A stretch of 46,704 nt of DNA. It comes from Verrucomicrobiota bacterium (GTDB taxonomy: Bacteria; Verrucomicrobiota; Verrucomicrobiia; Chthoniobacterales; JAFAMB01). Below are positions 8,864-18,113 of this stretch, piece by piece. The stretch covers positions 1 to 46,704 of the forward strand of contig JAFAIO010000109.1 in NCBI GenBank assembly GCA_019236675.1. Reading direction: 5' to 3'. The notes under the pieces are model-generated. The model did no database searches. It saw nothing but the letters and a program-made list of their open reading frames with translations, and was not told the origin of the DNA. The stretch's first letter is position 1. The number at the start of each line of letters is the position of its first letter. The position numbers and the translations under genes are program-made.

Positions 8864-9237
8864 GGGCGATACGGCAAATGAGCGAAACGGCGAAAATTGG
8901 TGGGGCGAGGCTCCCGAACGGCATAATAGGTTTCGCTGGAATTTCGCGTGTTATACCCCAGCGTTTGGTTGGGTTGCACGCTGCCGAACCGCGGTTCCAA
9001 CGATAGCCACCGCCAGAGATACCCTAGGATGTGGCATCGTTTTTGGCGCGCCGCTATTGAGGGGGAATTTGGGGCATGTCCCGTCACGGGAGCGGCTCGG
9101 CGGCGTGCATCCTAACCGATCGATGGTCATGCCATACCCTTCCCTCCGGACAGCGCTTTTAGCCGTTCGTGGAGCCTCGCCCCACCAAACTTGTCGCCGC
9201 GTCGCCCCTTCGCCGTTTCGCCAATACGCCCACTCGC
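8864..9237. repeat. MITE-like element E12 with about 60-nt terminal inverted repeats
   Basis: Left arm 8864..8922 reads ..AATGAGCGAAACGGCGAAAATTGGTGGGGCGAGGCTCCCGAACGGC. Right arm 9162..9237 is its imperfect reverse complement (GCCGTTCGTGGAGCCTCGCCCCACCAA...CGCCGTTTCGCC). The inner segment is about 240 bp. The core TTGGTGGGGCGAGGCTCCCG recurs at about 12889..12908. Confidence 0.8.
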
Positions 9238-9238
9238 A

Positions 9239-10123
9239 TCACTTCCCCTCGTCCGCGTTCCCCGGTTCATCGACCCGGTCAGTGGTATCAACGATTTCGT
9301 CCGCGGGACACCCCAGCTTGATTAGTCCGTAGGTCAAAAGCGTTTTGCTATCGACCCAGATGCCGGGTTTATCGGTATGAAGAACTACTGAGATCACTTC
9401 ATGGCCGCCGCGTAAGGCTGAGCTCACTAACACTTGCTGAGCGGGCCGCGTGTAACCGGTTTTCAGTCCGTTACAGCCGGCGAAGTGCCGAAGCAAACGA
9501 TTGTGATTACGCAGCTCTTCAACTTGGCCGTTTGGGGTTCTCCAAGTGTAATAGATAGTCGAAACGATCTGACGGAATAGCGGTTGTTGCATTGCTGCGC
9601 GAGCGATCAATACCAGGTCATGTGCCGTCGTGTAGTGGTTGGGATCGTGTAGTCCATGTGGATTAACGAAATGGCTGGAGGTCGCCCCTAATTCAGCCGC
9701 TCGCAAATTCATCTTTTCTGCGAACGCGGGAACCGAACCGGCGTTGTCTCTTGCCAGGCACATGGCAACGTCGTTGGCGCTTTTTAGCAGCATGCCGAAC
9801 AGGAGTTGGCGCCGCGTGAATTGTTGGCCGGGCTTAAGATCAAGGCTGCTAGGTTCGACCTTAGTATCTTCCAGAGCCACCGTCACCAATTGCTCAAGAT
9901 TACCGGCCTCGATCACGATCAGGGCCGTTAAAATCTTCGTGGAGCTCGCCGGATACTGTTTAGCGTCGGGATTCTTAGTGTACAGAAACTCCCCGGAATA
10001 CGAATCTACCAACGCTGCGCTTTGAGCAGCTAAGGGCAAATCCTGAGATCTCGCGCCTTGCGCCAGGAGGACCAGCAAAGCCGCGACGATTAGGGCACCG
10101 GTTTTCCGTCGACTATCATCCAT
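9239..10123 (-). CDS. D-alanyl-D-alanine carboxypeptidase (S11, PBP5/6-like)
   Basis: 294 aa with a signal peptide. It has the SxxK (SSTK), SxN (SAN) and KTG (KTGYT) motifs. Confidence 0.9.
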   Translation of the reverse strand: MDDSRRKTGALIVAALLVLLAQGARSQDLPLAAQSAALVDSYSGEFLYTKNPDAKQYPASSTKILTALIVIEAGNLEQLVTVALEDTKVEPSSLDLKPGQQFTRRQLLFGMLLKSANDVAMCLARDNAGSVPAFAEKMNLRAAELGATSSHFVNPHGLHDPNHYTTAHDLVLIARAAMQQPLFRQIVSTIYYTWRTPNGQVEELRNHNRLLRHFAGCNGLKTGYTRPAQQVLVSSALRGGHEVISVVLHTDKPGIWVDSKTLLTYGLIKLGCPADEIVDTTDRVDEPGNADEGK

Positions 10124-11310
10124 AATACGTCGTCGCGGTAATTAATGATCTCCTCGTAAATGCTCCGGTAACCGCCGCGAGAAGGAATGCTGATAGCATC
10201 TGCCAAGTATCCGGGCCTTATCTGAGCTAATGAATGCTCTAAACCAATTGCGCGCGCGGGCTTCACCGTAACCATTTCTAGCAGTTCCTTCGGGCTGACG
10301 AAACCATGATTTCGGGCCGCCATTCGCATTTCCGAAAATAAATTCAAAGAATCGTTGCTGGCCAAGCTATCGGTTCCGAGACAAAGGTTGATGCTTCGTT
10401 CTCGCAATGCTTGCATTGGGAACGGCCGGTGATGAAGGAACCGGTTACTCTTGGGGCAATGAACGATCGAAAGAGACCGCCATTCGTCCCGGTCGAGAAT
10501 CTTGAGGTCTGCCTCATCCAGTTCGTTCATATGAACGAGCAAAGCGTCCTTTGGCAAGAGGCCGGACAACGCCAACGATCGGAAAGGGGAGAGCCGGCCG
10601 CAATCGGACATAGGCCGGCCCATTTTGCTCAAGAAATCGAAAAGATCGCCTTTCCCCGCGGCAAACATCTCGTACTCCGAGGCCGATTCTGAGAGGTGAG
10701 TTGTGAACGGCATTTTGAAATTGTGTGCGACTGCCAATGCCGCTGAATAGAGCTGAGCCGATGCAGTGTAAGGTGCATGGGGGCTTAGGCCGAAGCCACC
10801 TAGCCAATCGCTCGGCTCAAAAAATACCCAAGATCCAAAGGCGTTTTCATCGATCCAGGGACGCGGTCTTATGTCGATTAGTTCCAGGAAAAACCATGTT
10901 CGGATGCGAGGCGGTGCCAAGCGCGGCAGAATCTGAGGAGTAGCTACAATATTGAAGACTGAGGTGACTCCGGAGCGTCGCAGCTCGGCGAACCCCAGAT
11001 CCATGGCTTTGAGGTAGTCGTCATCGCTGAGGGACCGTTTCAACGCGTTGATTCGGCTAATCCACTGAGGGAAATTTCGGGACGGTAAAATGCTGCCGCG
11101 AAGCGAGCTGTAATCCAGGTGGCAATGCGCGTTGATCAATCCCGGTAGAACGATGCATTCGCCAAGATTGACAAATTCGCCGGGGTACTTTTCTAGCAGT
11201 TGAGACGCGGGTCCGGCATCGACGAAACGGTTCTTTTCCACCGCGAAAGCCCCGTTCTCAAGCGGCTCACCGTCCATCGTGACGAGCCAGCGGCACCGGT
11301 ATAGCGTCAT
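10090..11310 (-). CDS. amidohydrolase-family protein (chlorohydrolase/deaminase-like)
   Basis: 406 aa. Metal-binding HxH (NAHCHLDYS) near the N-terminus and GTDSLASN near the C-terminus give a typical metallo-dependent hydrolase layout. Confidence 0.8.
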   Translation of the reverse strand: MTLYRCRWLVTMDGEPLENGAFAVEKNRFVDAGPASQLLEKYPGEFVNLGECIVLPGLINAHCHLDYSSLRGSILPSRNFPQWISRINALKRSLSDDDYLKAMDLGFAELRRSGVTSVFNIVATPQILPRLAPPRIRTWFFLELIDIRPRPWIDENAFGSWVFFEPSDWLGGFGLSPHAPYTASAQLYSAALAVAHNFKMPFTTHLSESASEYEMFAAGKGDLFDFLSKMGRPMSDCGRLSPFRSLALSGLLPKDALLVHMNELDEADLKILDRDEWRSLSIVHCPKSNRFLHHRPFPMQALRERSINLCLGTDSLASNDSLNLFSEMRMAARNHGFVSPKELLEMVTVKPARAIGLEHSLAQIRPGYLADAISIPSRGGYRSIYEEIINYRDDVLWMIVDGKPVP

Positions 11311-12020
11311 TTTGAGTGAACCTTGACGATTTTCCGGGCCTCGGCCACAAAGAGATTGCAGGCCTCAACACAAAGAAATGGAACATGGTAGGACTTCGGC
11401 GAGCTCAATCGAGCCGGTGGGTCTTCCTCTCTTCCGTCTTCCGAGTGCTTCTGGTGGCGTTCCGCGACTTGATCCGCTTGCGGGTCAAACTTAGAGCGGG
11501 GCAGATATTTTTCGGGGGCTTTCCCGTCGATTGTCCAAAGGATCGTCCGAAGACAGCCTGAATGAGACTGGCAGAACCGGCCGGCTAATTCTTCAGCTTG
11601 TAACCCGGTCAATCTCTGAGTGACCCGGTACATCCCGGTTTGTCGGGTAAGGGTTTGTCTCAGATCGACCGGGGTAATCTCGCCGCGGTTAAATGCGAGC
11701 CAGGTGGAGAATGCGCCTGGATAGAAATAATCGATCGCTTGCCGGACCTCAGAAACCGACTCGAGGCGTAGTTCCCATCCGGTACTCAAGCTCGGGGCGC
11801 CTTTGAGAGCCCGGTAATTTCCTTGTTCGTCGTACCGGACGATTTCGAGAGCCGCCGTCGCGTCGATTCCAACCGCGAGCTTTCGCTGCGATTCGTCATC
11901 TTTCCAATGCCGGATCAGAAAACGTCCGGGTTCAACCTCCCTAACCACGAGCTCCCCGAGATGGATCGGACCGCTGCGTAAGCGTTCCTGAAGCAGTTGT
12001 TCAATCATGCTGTTTATCAA
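11307..12020 (-). CDS. conserved hypothetical, DR2241-like protein (tentative)
   Basis: 237 aa, translationally coupled between cbiX and the amidohydrolase. It has Cys residues in the C-terminal half (CQSHSGC, CVEAC). The family assignment is from memory of CbiX-linked DR2241-type proteins and is not verified. Confidence 0.4.
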   Translation of the reverse strand: MINSMIEQLLQERLRSGPIHLGELVVREVEPGRFLIRHWKDDESQRKLAVGIDATAALEIVRYDEQGNYRALKGAPSLSTGWELRLESVSEVRQAIDYFYPGAFSTWLAFNRGEITPVDLRQTLTRQTGMYRVTQRLTGLQAEELAGRFCQSHSGCLRTILWTIDGKAPEKYLPRSKFDPQADQVAERHQKHSEDGREEDPPARLSSPKSYHVPFLCVEACNLFVAEARKIVKVHSK

Positions 12021-12810
12021 ACCGATCGACGGTATCCAGAATGATGTCTGCCATCATCGGGTCTGTCCCGATCGCGCCCGCATAATAAAGTTTACGATTG
12101 CGGAGTGCGTAGGGGTTATGCCGAAAAACTTCTTGTTGGCTCGCCGGAGCGGAATTCTCGTTCTGTATTCCAAGCAACACCGGAATATCCTGGTAACTGT
12201 GCAGACCGTCCGAAATGAAGAAGGGGACGACAACTACATGACTCTGAGTGGTTAGATTCGCCCAGTCCGATATCTCGGGTGGCTCTTCCATAAAGGCAGC
12301 AACAACCTCCGGATAGATCCCTCGATCTCGGATCGCTGCGACCTGGCGTTTCGCGGCCACAGCCGAATTTTCGTTCAGGCCTGTGCCGTGAGCGACAATG
12401 ACGAGGCTGGTATCGTGAGGCGGCGCATCACAGGCAACTTCGGCCGCCCGATGGAGCAACAGATCTGTCATTCGGGGATCGTTGCCCACTGGGTCGCAAT
12501 ATTTAAGGGTCCGATGGTTCTTGATAGTGATTGGTCCGTTCAATTCCAATTCTCGTGGGATCACTTTCGCCGTAAAATAACCTTCACTGATGAAGTTGGG
12601 AACTATGTAAACGTCTTGTGCTTCCACCATTCTCAGTACTTCCCGCAGGCTCGGCTCTTCTTTCCAAAAAGCGCAGTGTACCTCAGAGAATATGCGGCGG
12701 GCTCGAATCTCATTCGCGTGAACAAACGTCGGCAAGCTCGAGTCCGGGTTTATGGTTGAACCATGACCAACCAAAACCAAGGCGCTGTTTTCTCTACTGA
12801 GGTAAGACAC
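12001..12810 (-). CDS. cbiX: sirohydrochlorin chelatase, CbiX-type (two-domain)
   Basis: 269 aa with two tandem CbiX halves. Each begins with (L/I)V(G/A)HG(S/T): LVLVGHGST and LVIVAHGTG. Confidence 0.8.
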   Translation of the reverse strand: MSYLSRENSALVLVGHGSTINPDSSLPTFVHANEIRARRIFSEVHCAFWKEEPSLREVLRMVEAQDVYIVPNFISEGYFTAKVIPRELELNGPITIKNHRTLKYCDPVGNDPRMTDLLLHRAAEVACDAPPHDTSLVIVAHGTGLNENSAVAAKRQVAAIRDRGIYPEVVAAFMEEPPEISDWANLTTQSHVVVVPFFISDGLHSYQDIPVLLGIQNENSAPASQQEVFRHNPYALRNRKLYYAGAIGTDPMMADIILDTVDRFDKQHD

Positions 12811-13072
12811 TTTTTAACCGTCTGATGGGCTGGCCGTGGCCTCAACCGAAAAGTTGGTCCGGACGTGGCTGCGGGATGACCCCTAGCTTGGTGGGGCGAG
12901 GCTCCCGTATAACCCAACGATTTCTACGAAGAACAGAGGTGCGGGTGACTAGTGGTTTTGCTAGGCCAAAGCGCGCGCCGAGCGGGGTTACATGTCGATC
13001 TTTGCCCACCGCTTTCGAGGACGAGAACGAGCGGCGTTCTGGAGAGCGGGAGCTATCTGCACTGCACTCTTC

Positions 13073-13822
13073 TCAAAACAAACTCGTTACCTTCGGATCT
13101 GGTAGGCCCCAGGCTTGCCAGTGGGCCAGATATTCGTCTCTTGGCAGGCAGACATAATGAGGCTCGCCGGCTGCGCGCAACCATTTCACGAGTGTCACCA
13201 AATCCGATTCGGCCATGGTCGTGCAACCCGCTGAAGGTCGGGCCGGTCCGCGTCGTATGTGAAAGAAGATCGCGCTTCCAAATCCCGGCACCGGCGGATC
13301 AGAATTGTGTCGGATCTCAATCAGCCAGTGATACGCGAAATCTCCCAATCGCATTTTAGCCTTGTTGTACCAGGGTGGTGGGTTGCGGGGATCAATCACC
13401 ACATGCTGGTTATAGTAAGGGCTATTCAAATCGTCGACCCAGGTGTCTGCAGCTGTCACCGTATGAAATGGATAATCTGCACCTGACGGTAAGGCGTGAT
13501 CGTAGGTATAAATGACCCCAATTTTGAACACCCCGGCCGGGGCGCGATTGTCTCGCTCGACCTTTTCTGGGCCTCCTCCTGAACCGATGATCTCGCCTCG
13601 ACCCCAAGCTAGGCCATTCTTACCAAAGAGAACTCTGATCGGTGGAGTGGTTTGGGTCCAGGTATCGCCATTCTTCTGCAGAAGCTGCATTTCGCCGGTC
13701 ATCGAGTTCCAGTCCGGGGCGATACCAACGATCAGTTGCGAGACTGAAGAATCGAGACGAGTCGCCGCCGATGCCGGTTGCAAGCAGCACACAAAAATTA
13801 CGAGCAAAGCTAGCCTTTTCAC
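13073..13822 (-). CDS. L,D-transpeptidase (YkuD) family protein
   Basis: Active-site-like FFHIRRGPARPSAGCTTM (His...Cys of the YkuD fold). ORF 13073..13918 starts inside hairpin element E2. GTG 13822 gives a clean signal peptide (MKRLALLVIFVCCLQPASA). Confidence 0.7.
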   Translation of the reverse strand: MKRLALLVIFVCCLQPASAATRLDSSVSQLIVGIAPDWNSMTGEMQLLQKNGDTWTQTTPPIRVLFGKNGLAWGRGEIIGSGGGPEKVERDNRAPAGVFKIGVIYTYDHALPSGADYPFHTVTAADTWVDDLNSPYYNQHVVIDPRNPPPWYNKAKMRLGDFAYHWLIEIRHNSDPPVPGFGSAIFFHIRRGPARPSAGCTTMAESDLVTLVKWLRAAGEPHYVCLPRDEYLAHWQAWGLPDPKVTSLF

Positions 13823-13871
13823 GCGCCCGAGATTTTTAGGAGGGATTCGGTCTCGGAGCAAGCGGAAGCTC

Positions 13872-14001
13872 GCCTGAGGCGCGCTTCCGAATAGCAAATA
13901 GCAAATAGCAAATAGCAAATGCGTCGCGAAACCGAGCGACGAAACGCTCGATAATTTGCTATTTGCTATCTGCTATTTGCTATTCGGTGACGCGCCTCAG
14001 G
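13872..14001. repeat. intergenic hairpin element E2 with tandem-heptamer arms (AATAGCA)
   Basis: GCCTGAGGCGCGCTTCCG-(AATAGCA)x4 pairs with (TTTGCTA-type)x4-CGGTGACGCGCCTCAGG. The stem is about 50 bp and the apical hairpin is CGAGCG-ACGAAA-CGCTCG. It lies between the M23 peptidase and L,D-transpeptidase genes, both on the same strand. Confidence 0.9.
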
Positions 14002-14005
14002 TGAG

Positions 14006-15055
14006 TCACCGCTGCAGCCCGCAAACCAGGCTGACGTATTGGTTTCCTTCCTGTGAGAGAACATAATCTGATCCATGGTTCCTGATTACGCCCTTGGTCA
14101 GCAGATGCTGAGGGAAAGGCGAAGAATGGACCCAGGTCAAAGTCGGCTGGGTCACGTGTTCGCTGGAGCCGCGGACCTTAAGCGGCAAGCCTGTCCGGTC
14201 GAAACTGATCTCACTGCTAGGGACATCCGTTTCTCCTTCTAAAAGCCAAGAATATCGATCGGTCAGATCCATTCGCGGAGATACCGGGACCAGGACTTTG
14301 TACCAAGGCTCTCCTTGTTGGACGAAGGCAGCCACGGTCTGGTTTGGATTCTTTTGAAGCTCAAGATAAAACCGGCCGATATCGATACCTGCCAGATTAA
14401 TCCCATTGTAGATACCGTGGCGGTTGATATCCGCAGCATGGTGTCCGGGGAACCATTCAGAAAAATGGGAGTTTAAAAGCAGGTTCAGCTCCAGATGGAC
14501 ATGGGCCCGTTCCCTGTCGATCCCTTCCCCCGTATGACCCATGATCGCGATGGGCGAACCTTGATTTACTGAGTCGCCAATGTTGACAGTGATGCTGTTC
14601 AGATGCGCGTAAAGGCTGTAGTAAGGGAAACCGTCAAGGTGGTGTTCGATGACCACATACCGGCCGTAGTTCGAGCTTCCTGCGACTGGATTGGCGTAAA
14701 CAACGGTTCCGCCGGCAATCGCGTGGATGATATCTTGTGGCTCGCCGGCAGCATCCCTGTGGAGGGGTCGGATATCAATCCCCTCGTGAAATCGGGTGTA
14801 GATGACTTGCGATCCGATGCGTCTGGGGTTTCGGACGAAACCGTACTGGCCGCCTTCCCACGCTTGGCTGATTTGACCCTCGAAGTCACGCTGAACATAT
14901 TGATAGAACCCGGCGAAATTGCCGGTCAAAAGGCCGTCGTTCTCCGTTGGCAATATCAATTTAGGAGGTTCAGCCTTGGCCATGGTACCAGCTAGGACGA
15001 GCCAGATCGTTAAACAGAACAGCCTGGTTCTAAAGTTAAACGGCGTCCAAATCAT
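14006..15055 (-). CDS. M23-family metallopeptidase
   Basis: 349 aa with a signal/anchor sequence. It has the HxxxD (HEGIDI) and HxH (HVHLE) motifs of LytM/M23 peptidases. Confidence 0.85.
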   Translation of the reverse strand: MIWTPFNFRTRLFCLTIWLVLAGTMAKAEPPKLILPTENDGLLTGNFAGFYQYVQRDFEGQISQAWEGGQYGFVRNPRRIGSQVIYTRFHEGIDIRPLHRDAAGEPQDIIHAIAGGTVVYANPVAGSSNYGRYVVIEHHLDGFPYYSLYAHLNSITVNIGDSVNQGSPIAIMGHTGEGIDRERAHVHLELNLLLNSHFSEWFPGHHAADINRHGIYNGINLAGIDIGRFYLELQKNPNQTVAAFVQQGEPWYKVLVPVSPRMDLTDRYSWLLEGETDVPSSEISFDRTGLPLKVRGSSEHVTQPTLTWVHSSPFPQHLLTKGVIRNHGSDYVLSQEGNQYVSLVCGLQR

Positions 15056-15140
15056 ATTCGGTCTCGTGTATTTGGCTTCTTTGGGAGCGACACTGTTATA
15101 GAGGATAGAATTTGCAACCGGGAAGCCCTTTCGCTAAACG

Positions 15141-15692
15141 GTGCAGATGCATTTCCGCCTTAGGACGTTAAGTCTGCTCCTACTCGCCTTCACTGCGTGC
15201 TCTTCCCAGAAGATCTATCGCTGGGTCCCATTTGTAGGGCCGAAGCCTGAGCGCCCGGGGGCGGTTCCGAATGCTGCCAAGGTTGAGAAAGGCAACCCGT
15301 TCGGTCCAATTACGGGGACGGTGGCTTACGGACTAGAAATGCGGGTAATATTGACGCCCGACGCAATCAAACTGCCGGATACCAGATCGTTTGAAGCCCG
15401 CATTGTCCTGATCAACCGAACCAAAAAAGCGGTGACGCTCTCATTCAACGATAGCCGCGAATATGACTTTCTCCTCCGGGATGCGAATGGGAAGAAACTC
15501 GTCCAATGGACGGATGACCAGCCGGTCACGCAAAATCCGGCTTATGTGATCGTGAATCCCGCTGAACGATCGGAGTTTGTCGGCACTATCTCAACCCGGG
15601 ATATGGTCCTTGGGCGCCCGTACGTGCTGGAAGCGTCTGTTGTGGGTTACCCGAAGTTGACGACGACGATCAACCTTACGCCGCAGAAGTGA
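15141..15692 (+). CDS. lipoprotein, BsuPI-like putative proteinase-inhibitor domain (tentative)
   Basis: 183 aa with a lipobox (LLAFTAC). The beta-rich domain has LSFNDSREYDFLLRDANGKKLVQWTDDQ, reminiscent of the BsuPI family. It is divergent from the M23 peptidase gene. Confidence 0.45.
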   Translation: MQMHFRLRTLSLLLLAFTACSSQKIYRWVPFVGPKPERPGAVPNAAKVEKGNPFGPITGTVAYGLEMRVILTPDAIKLPDTRSFEARIVLINRTKKAVTLSFNDSREYDFLLRDANGKKLVQWTDDQPVTQNPAYVIVNPAERSEFVGTISTRDMVLGRPYVLEASVVGYPKLTTTINLTPQK

Positions 15693-15735
15693 GGAGCTGG
15701 AATCTAATAGCTGGTAGCTAGCTCCTAGCTCCTCT
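15692..15735. terminator. short hairpin E3 of the GGAGCTA-repeat type between convergent genes
   Basis: GAGGAGCT (15693..15700) pairs with AGCTCCTC (15728..15735). The sequence GGAGCTGGAATCTAATAGCTGG resembles the arms of E4 and E5. It overlaps both stop codons. Confidence 0.5.
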
Positions 15736-16459
15736 TCCACAGGCTCGCTTGCGCTACGCTCCATTGAAACTTTCGGGCGTGCTCGCGGATCAGGAATGGC
15801 AGATCTTTAGCGGTAACTAGAACCAGATCAGGCTCCAAAATCTCTTGGATCCGGCTCAAGGTGGTGACGCTAGCACCTGCGAGCCAGTTTTCGCTCGGGG
15901 TAAACTCCTCGAGCCAAGTGTAAGGGGAGGCCAGGATGACGTGTCCATTCGATCTCAGCAAACGCTTAATTTCCCCCAACAAATCTACGGGTCGAGACAC
16001 CCGATCGATCAGGTTGGCTGCCAGAATCAGGTCAAAGCTCCCCAATTCCGGCGAAACCCGCAGGGCATCCCCTACGAAGAATCGGCATTTGGAGCGGTCA
16101 ATCTCGGGATCCAGCCGGCGAGTGACAACCGTTGACCGTCGGCCCTCCTCAAGGATCCGAATCTGTACTTTTCCAGCCTCCTGGATGGCTTGAGCTGCCG
16201 CAATGAATTGGCCGGAAAGGTCAATCCCGATGACTTCGTCGGCCCAATGGGTCAGCTCAAAAGTCGATCGGCCGACGGCGCACCCTAGATCGAGAGCGCG
16301 CGTTTTCCGCCCGATGTCCGGCAGAAAGTCGGTTACGCAACGAGATGGATAAAAGAGTGCATCTCGAGGCCCAAACGAATAGGGAACTTGATCTTCCGCT
16401 GTTCCGTAGTGAAAAAGCAGATACTGATTTAGCAGAAGATCTGTTTCGTAAATGTTCAT
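15725..16459 (-). CDS. class I SAM-dependent methyltransferase (OvoA C-terminal / putative 4-mercaptohistidine N1-methyltransferase-like)
   Basis: 244 aa with SAM motif I (LDLGCAVGRSTFEL). The N-terminal YETDLLLNQYLLFHYG signature is what I recall from the ovoA_Cterm family. Confidence 0.65.
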   Translation of the reverse strand: MNIYETDLLLNQYLLFHYGTAEDQVPYSFGPRDALFYPSRCVTDFLPDIGRKTRALDLGCAVGRSTFELTHWADEVIGIDLSGQFIAAAQAIQEAGKVQIRILEEGRRSTVVTRRLDPEIDRSKCRFFVGDALRVSPELGSFDLILAANLIDRVSRPVDLLGEIKRLLRSNGHVILASPYTWLEEFTPSENWLAGASVTTLSRIQEILEPDLVLVTAKDLPFLIREHARKFQWSVAQASLWKRS

Positions 16460-16546
16460 GGCGGAATAGATCCTCCGTGCGGCATCAGCTGCGGCACGGC
16501 TCCCAAACTAGCACCGATGGGACTTATTAGACCTGCCGATAACCCA

Positions 16547-17710
16547 CTAGCTCAGCAGACCCGCCATGTACGGAGCGGGTACGAAGTCCTCAATAAGGAT
16601 CTCGGTTTTTCCGTCACGGCGCATCCGCACCTGCGAGACATTTACTTCGGGCGTCTTGTGCGGCGCGAACAGAATGTCGTCATGCGTGGCGTTTTTGTGA
16701 TTTGTGAATTTATCCGGAGTTAGATGTCCGCCGAGATGATCGCTGCGCCCGGTTGCCACATGCAGGGTTCCGAGAATTTTCTCGTCCTGAATATCGCGCC
16801 CTGAGGTTGGCAGAAGCTGCGTTCCGAACCCAAGCTCCCCGAGTTCGCCAGTTACCGGATCGGAACTCAGTTTTTGATTGTGCTCCTCAATCGTTTTGGC
16901 GTTTCCGCGGATCAATTTGGCATCGACGATACGTCCGTGATCAACGGTCATCAGGCCAAGCGTTCCGTCCTCGTATTTTAGCGGGAACTCGCCTGAGGCG
17001 CCCGTAGGAACGAAATAAATTTCTCCGGCAGGGAGGTTGGCGACGTCTGGCCCCCCACGACAAAGACCATGGCTCTTTTGAGCCTCTTGTTGGCTCAAGT
17101 CCAGGTGCAACGTGGACTTCGATCCTGCAACCACGAAGTCGATTTCTACCCAATCCGCCTTTGTCATTCCTAGTCGCAGCTTTTCGGCATTCTGGCTGAC
17201 TTCGTCATAGTCGACGGCTAGACCGGTTTGCAGAATGATTTGGTTGAGCCCGTGTAAGGTGGCGCCGCGGAACCCGTATTTCTTGGCGAAGGCAGTCAAA
17301 GGCGCGGTCGCAGAATAAGTCGAGATACAAAGGATAATATCGAAGTTCGGGTAGATGTCTCGTTCCGGACTAACTTCTTTTCCTCTGGTCGAAACCGCTA
17401 GGTCAGGAAGATCCAGATTACTGCCACCCGTGATCTTGTAAGCAAAAAGCTCTCCACCGGTTAAGCCGAGTTCGTTCAGAACACAGTTCTTCAAGCCCAG
17501 ATAAAAAACGTCGTAAGCATGCCGCTGGATCGTCAAATCCGGATTCTTCAGGAACACGAAATCTTTGACCTGATAAGGATCATCAAGGTCGATTAAGATC
17601 GCTACTTTTTCGCCGCCTTTAGGATTAAAGACTGTCTTGAGAAGGCGAGCTAAGCTGAACGGAGGAAACGTATCCGGCACCGTGAGAGATGCTGCTGTTA
17701 AGGTGGACAT
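16547..17710 (-). CDS. hypothetical protein, distant M29 (AmpS/PepS) aminopeptidase-like
   Basis: 387 aa. The patterns NLPAGEIYFVP, GELGELGFGTQ and DEKILGTLHVATG resemble conserved M29 blocks. The assignment is not verified. Confidence 0.4.
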   Translation of the reverse strand: MSTLTAASLTVPDTFPPFSLARLLKTVFNPKGGEKVAILIDLDDPYQVKDFVFLKNPDLTIQRHAYDVFYLGLKNCVLNELGLTGGELFAYKITGGSNLDLPDLAVSTRGKEVSPERDIYPNFDIILCISTYSATAPLTAFAKKYGFRGATLHGLNQIILQTGLAVDYDEVSQNAEKLRLGMTKADWVEIDFVVAGSKSTLHLDLSQQEAQKSHGLCRGGPDVANLPAGEIYFVPTGASGEFPLKYEDGTLGLMTVDHGRIVDAKLIRGNAKTIEEHNQKLSSDPVTGELGELGFGTQLLPTSGRDIQDEKILGTLHVATGRSDHLGGHLTPDKFTNHKNATHDDILFAPHKTPEVNVSQVRMRRDGKTEILIEDFVPAPYMAGLLS

Positions 17711-18113
17711 AATGAGAGCGTTTTTGTTTCTGTTTTAGTTACACACGCCGCAAACCCTGCGTAGCGCAAGATGATTCTCGGCATCCAGAATCAACTCCTC
17801 CGGAGGCCTTGTGTCGGCTCTGGCATAGTAGGTTCTTCACTGTCAGCCTTATGTCAGGAGAGTTAGGGGCAGAGATTTATTCCTTCGCGATCGATCCGCT
17901 CAGTCTGCGGGCGCCCAGCCTGCAAAAGGAACGTAGCGGCCGTAATCGTCCTCGTCGTCGTCCTCGACTGTGGGTGTGTAGAGTCTCTTAGCGAGCCCAT
18001 GTCTCCGCTTGGATCGTCGGTTAGGTCAGCGAGTTGATAGGAATGGCGTAGCTTTATCTCCGGTCGTCACGTCCCATTAGTCCCATGAGTCTCATCCGTG
18101 CGCTGGCCACTGA

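Noticed and set aside
8850-9332. 160-aa plus-strand ORF, and other ORFs of 100 aa or more in spacers (12825..13157, 12952..13359, 1691..1993, 31092..31385)
   Set aside because: All lie in repeat-filled intergenic DNA. They have Arg/Gly/Pro-rich composition typical of out-of-frame GC-rich sequence and no start context. Non-coding.
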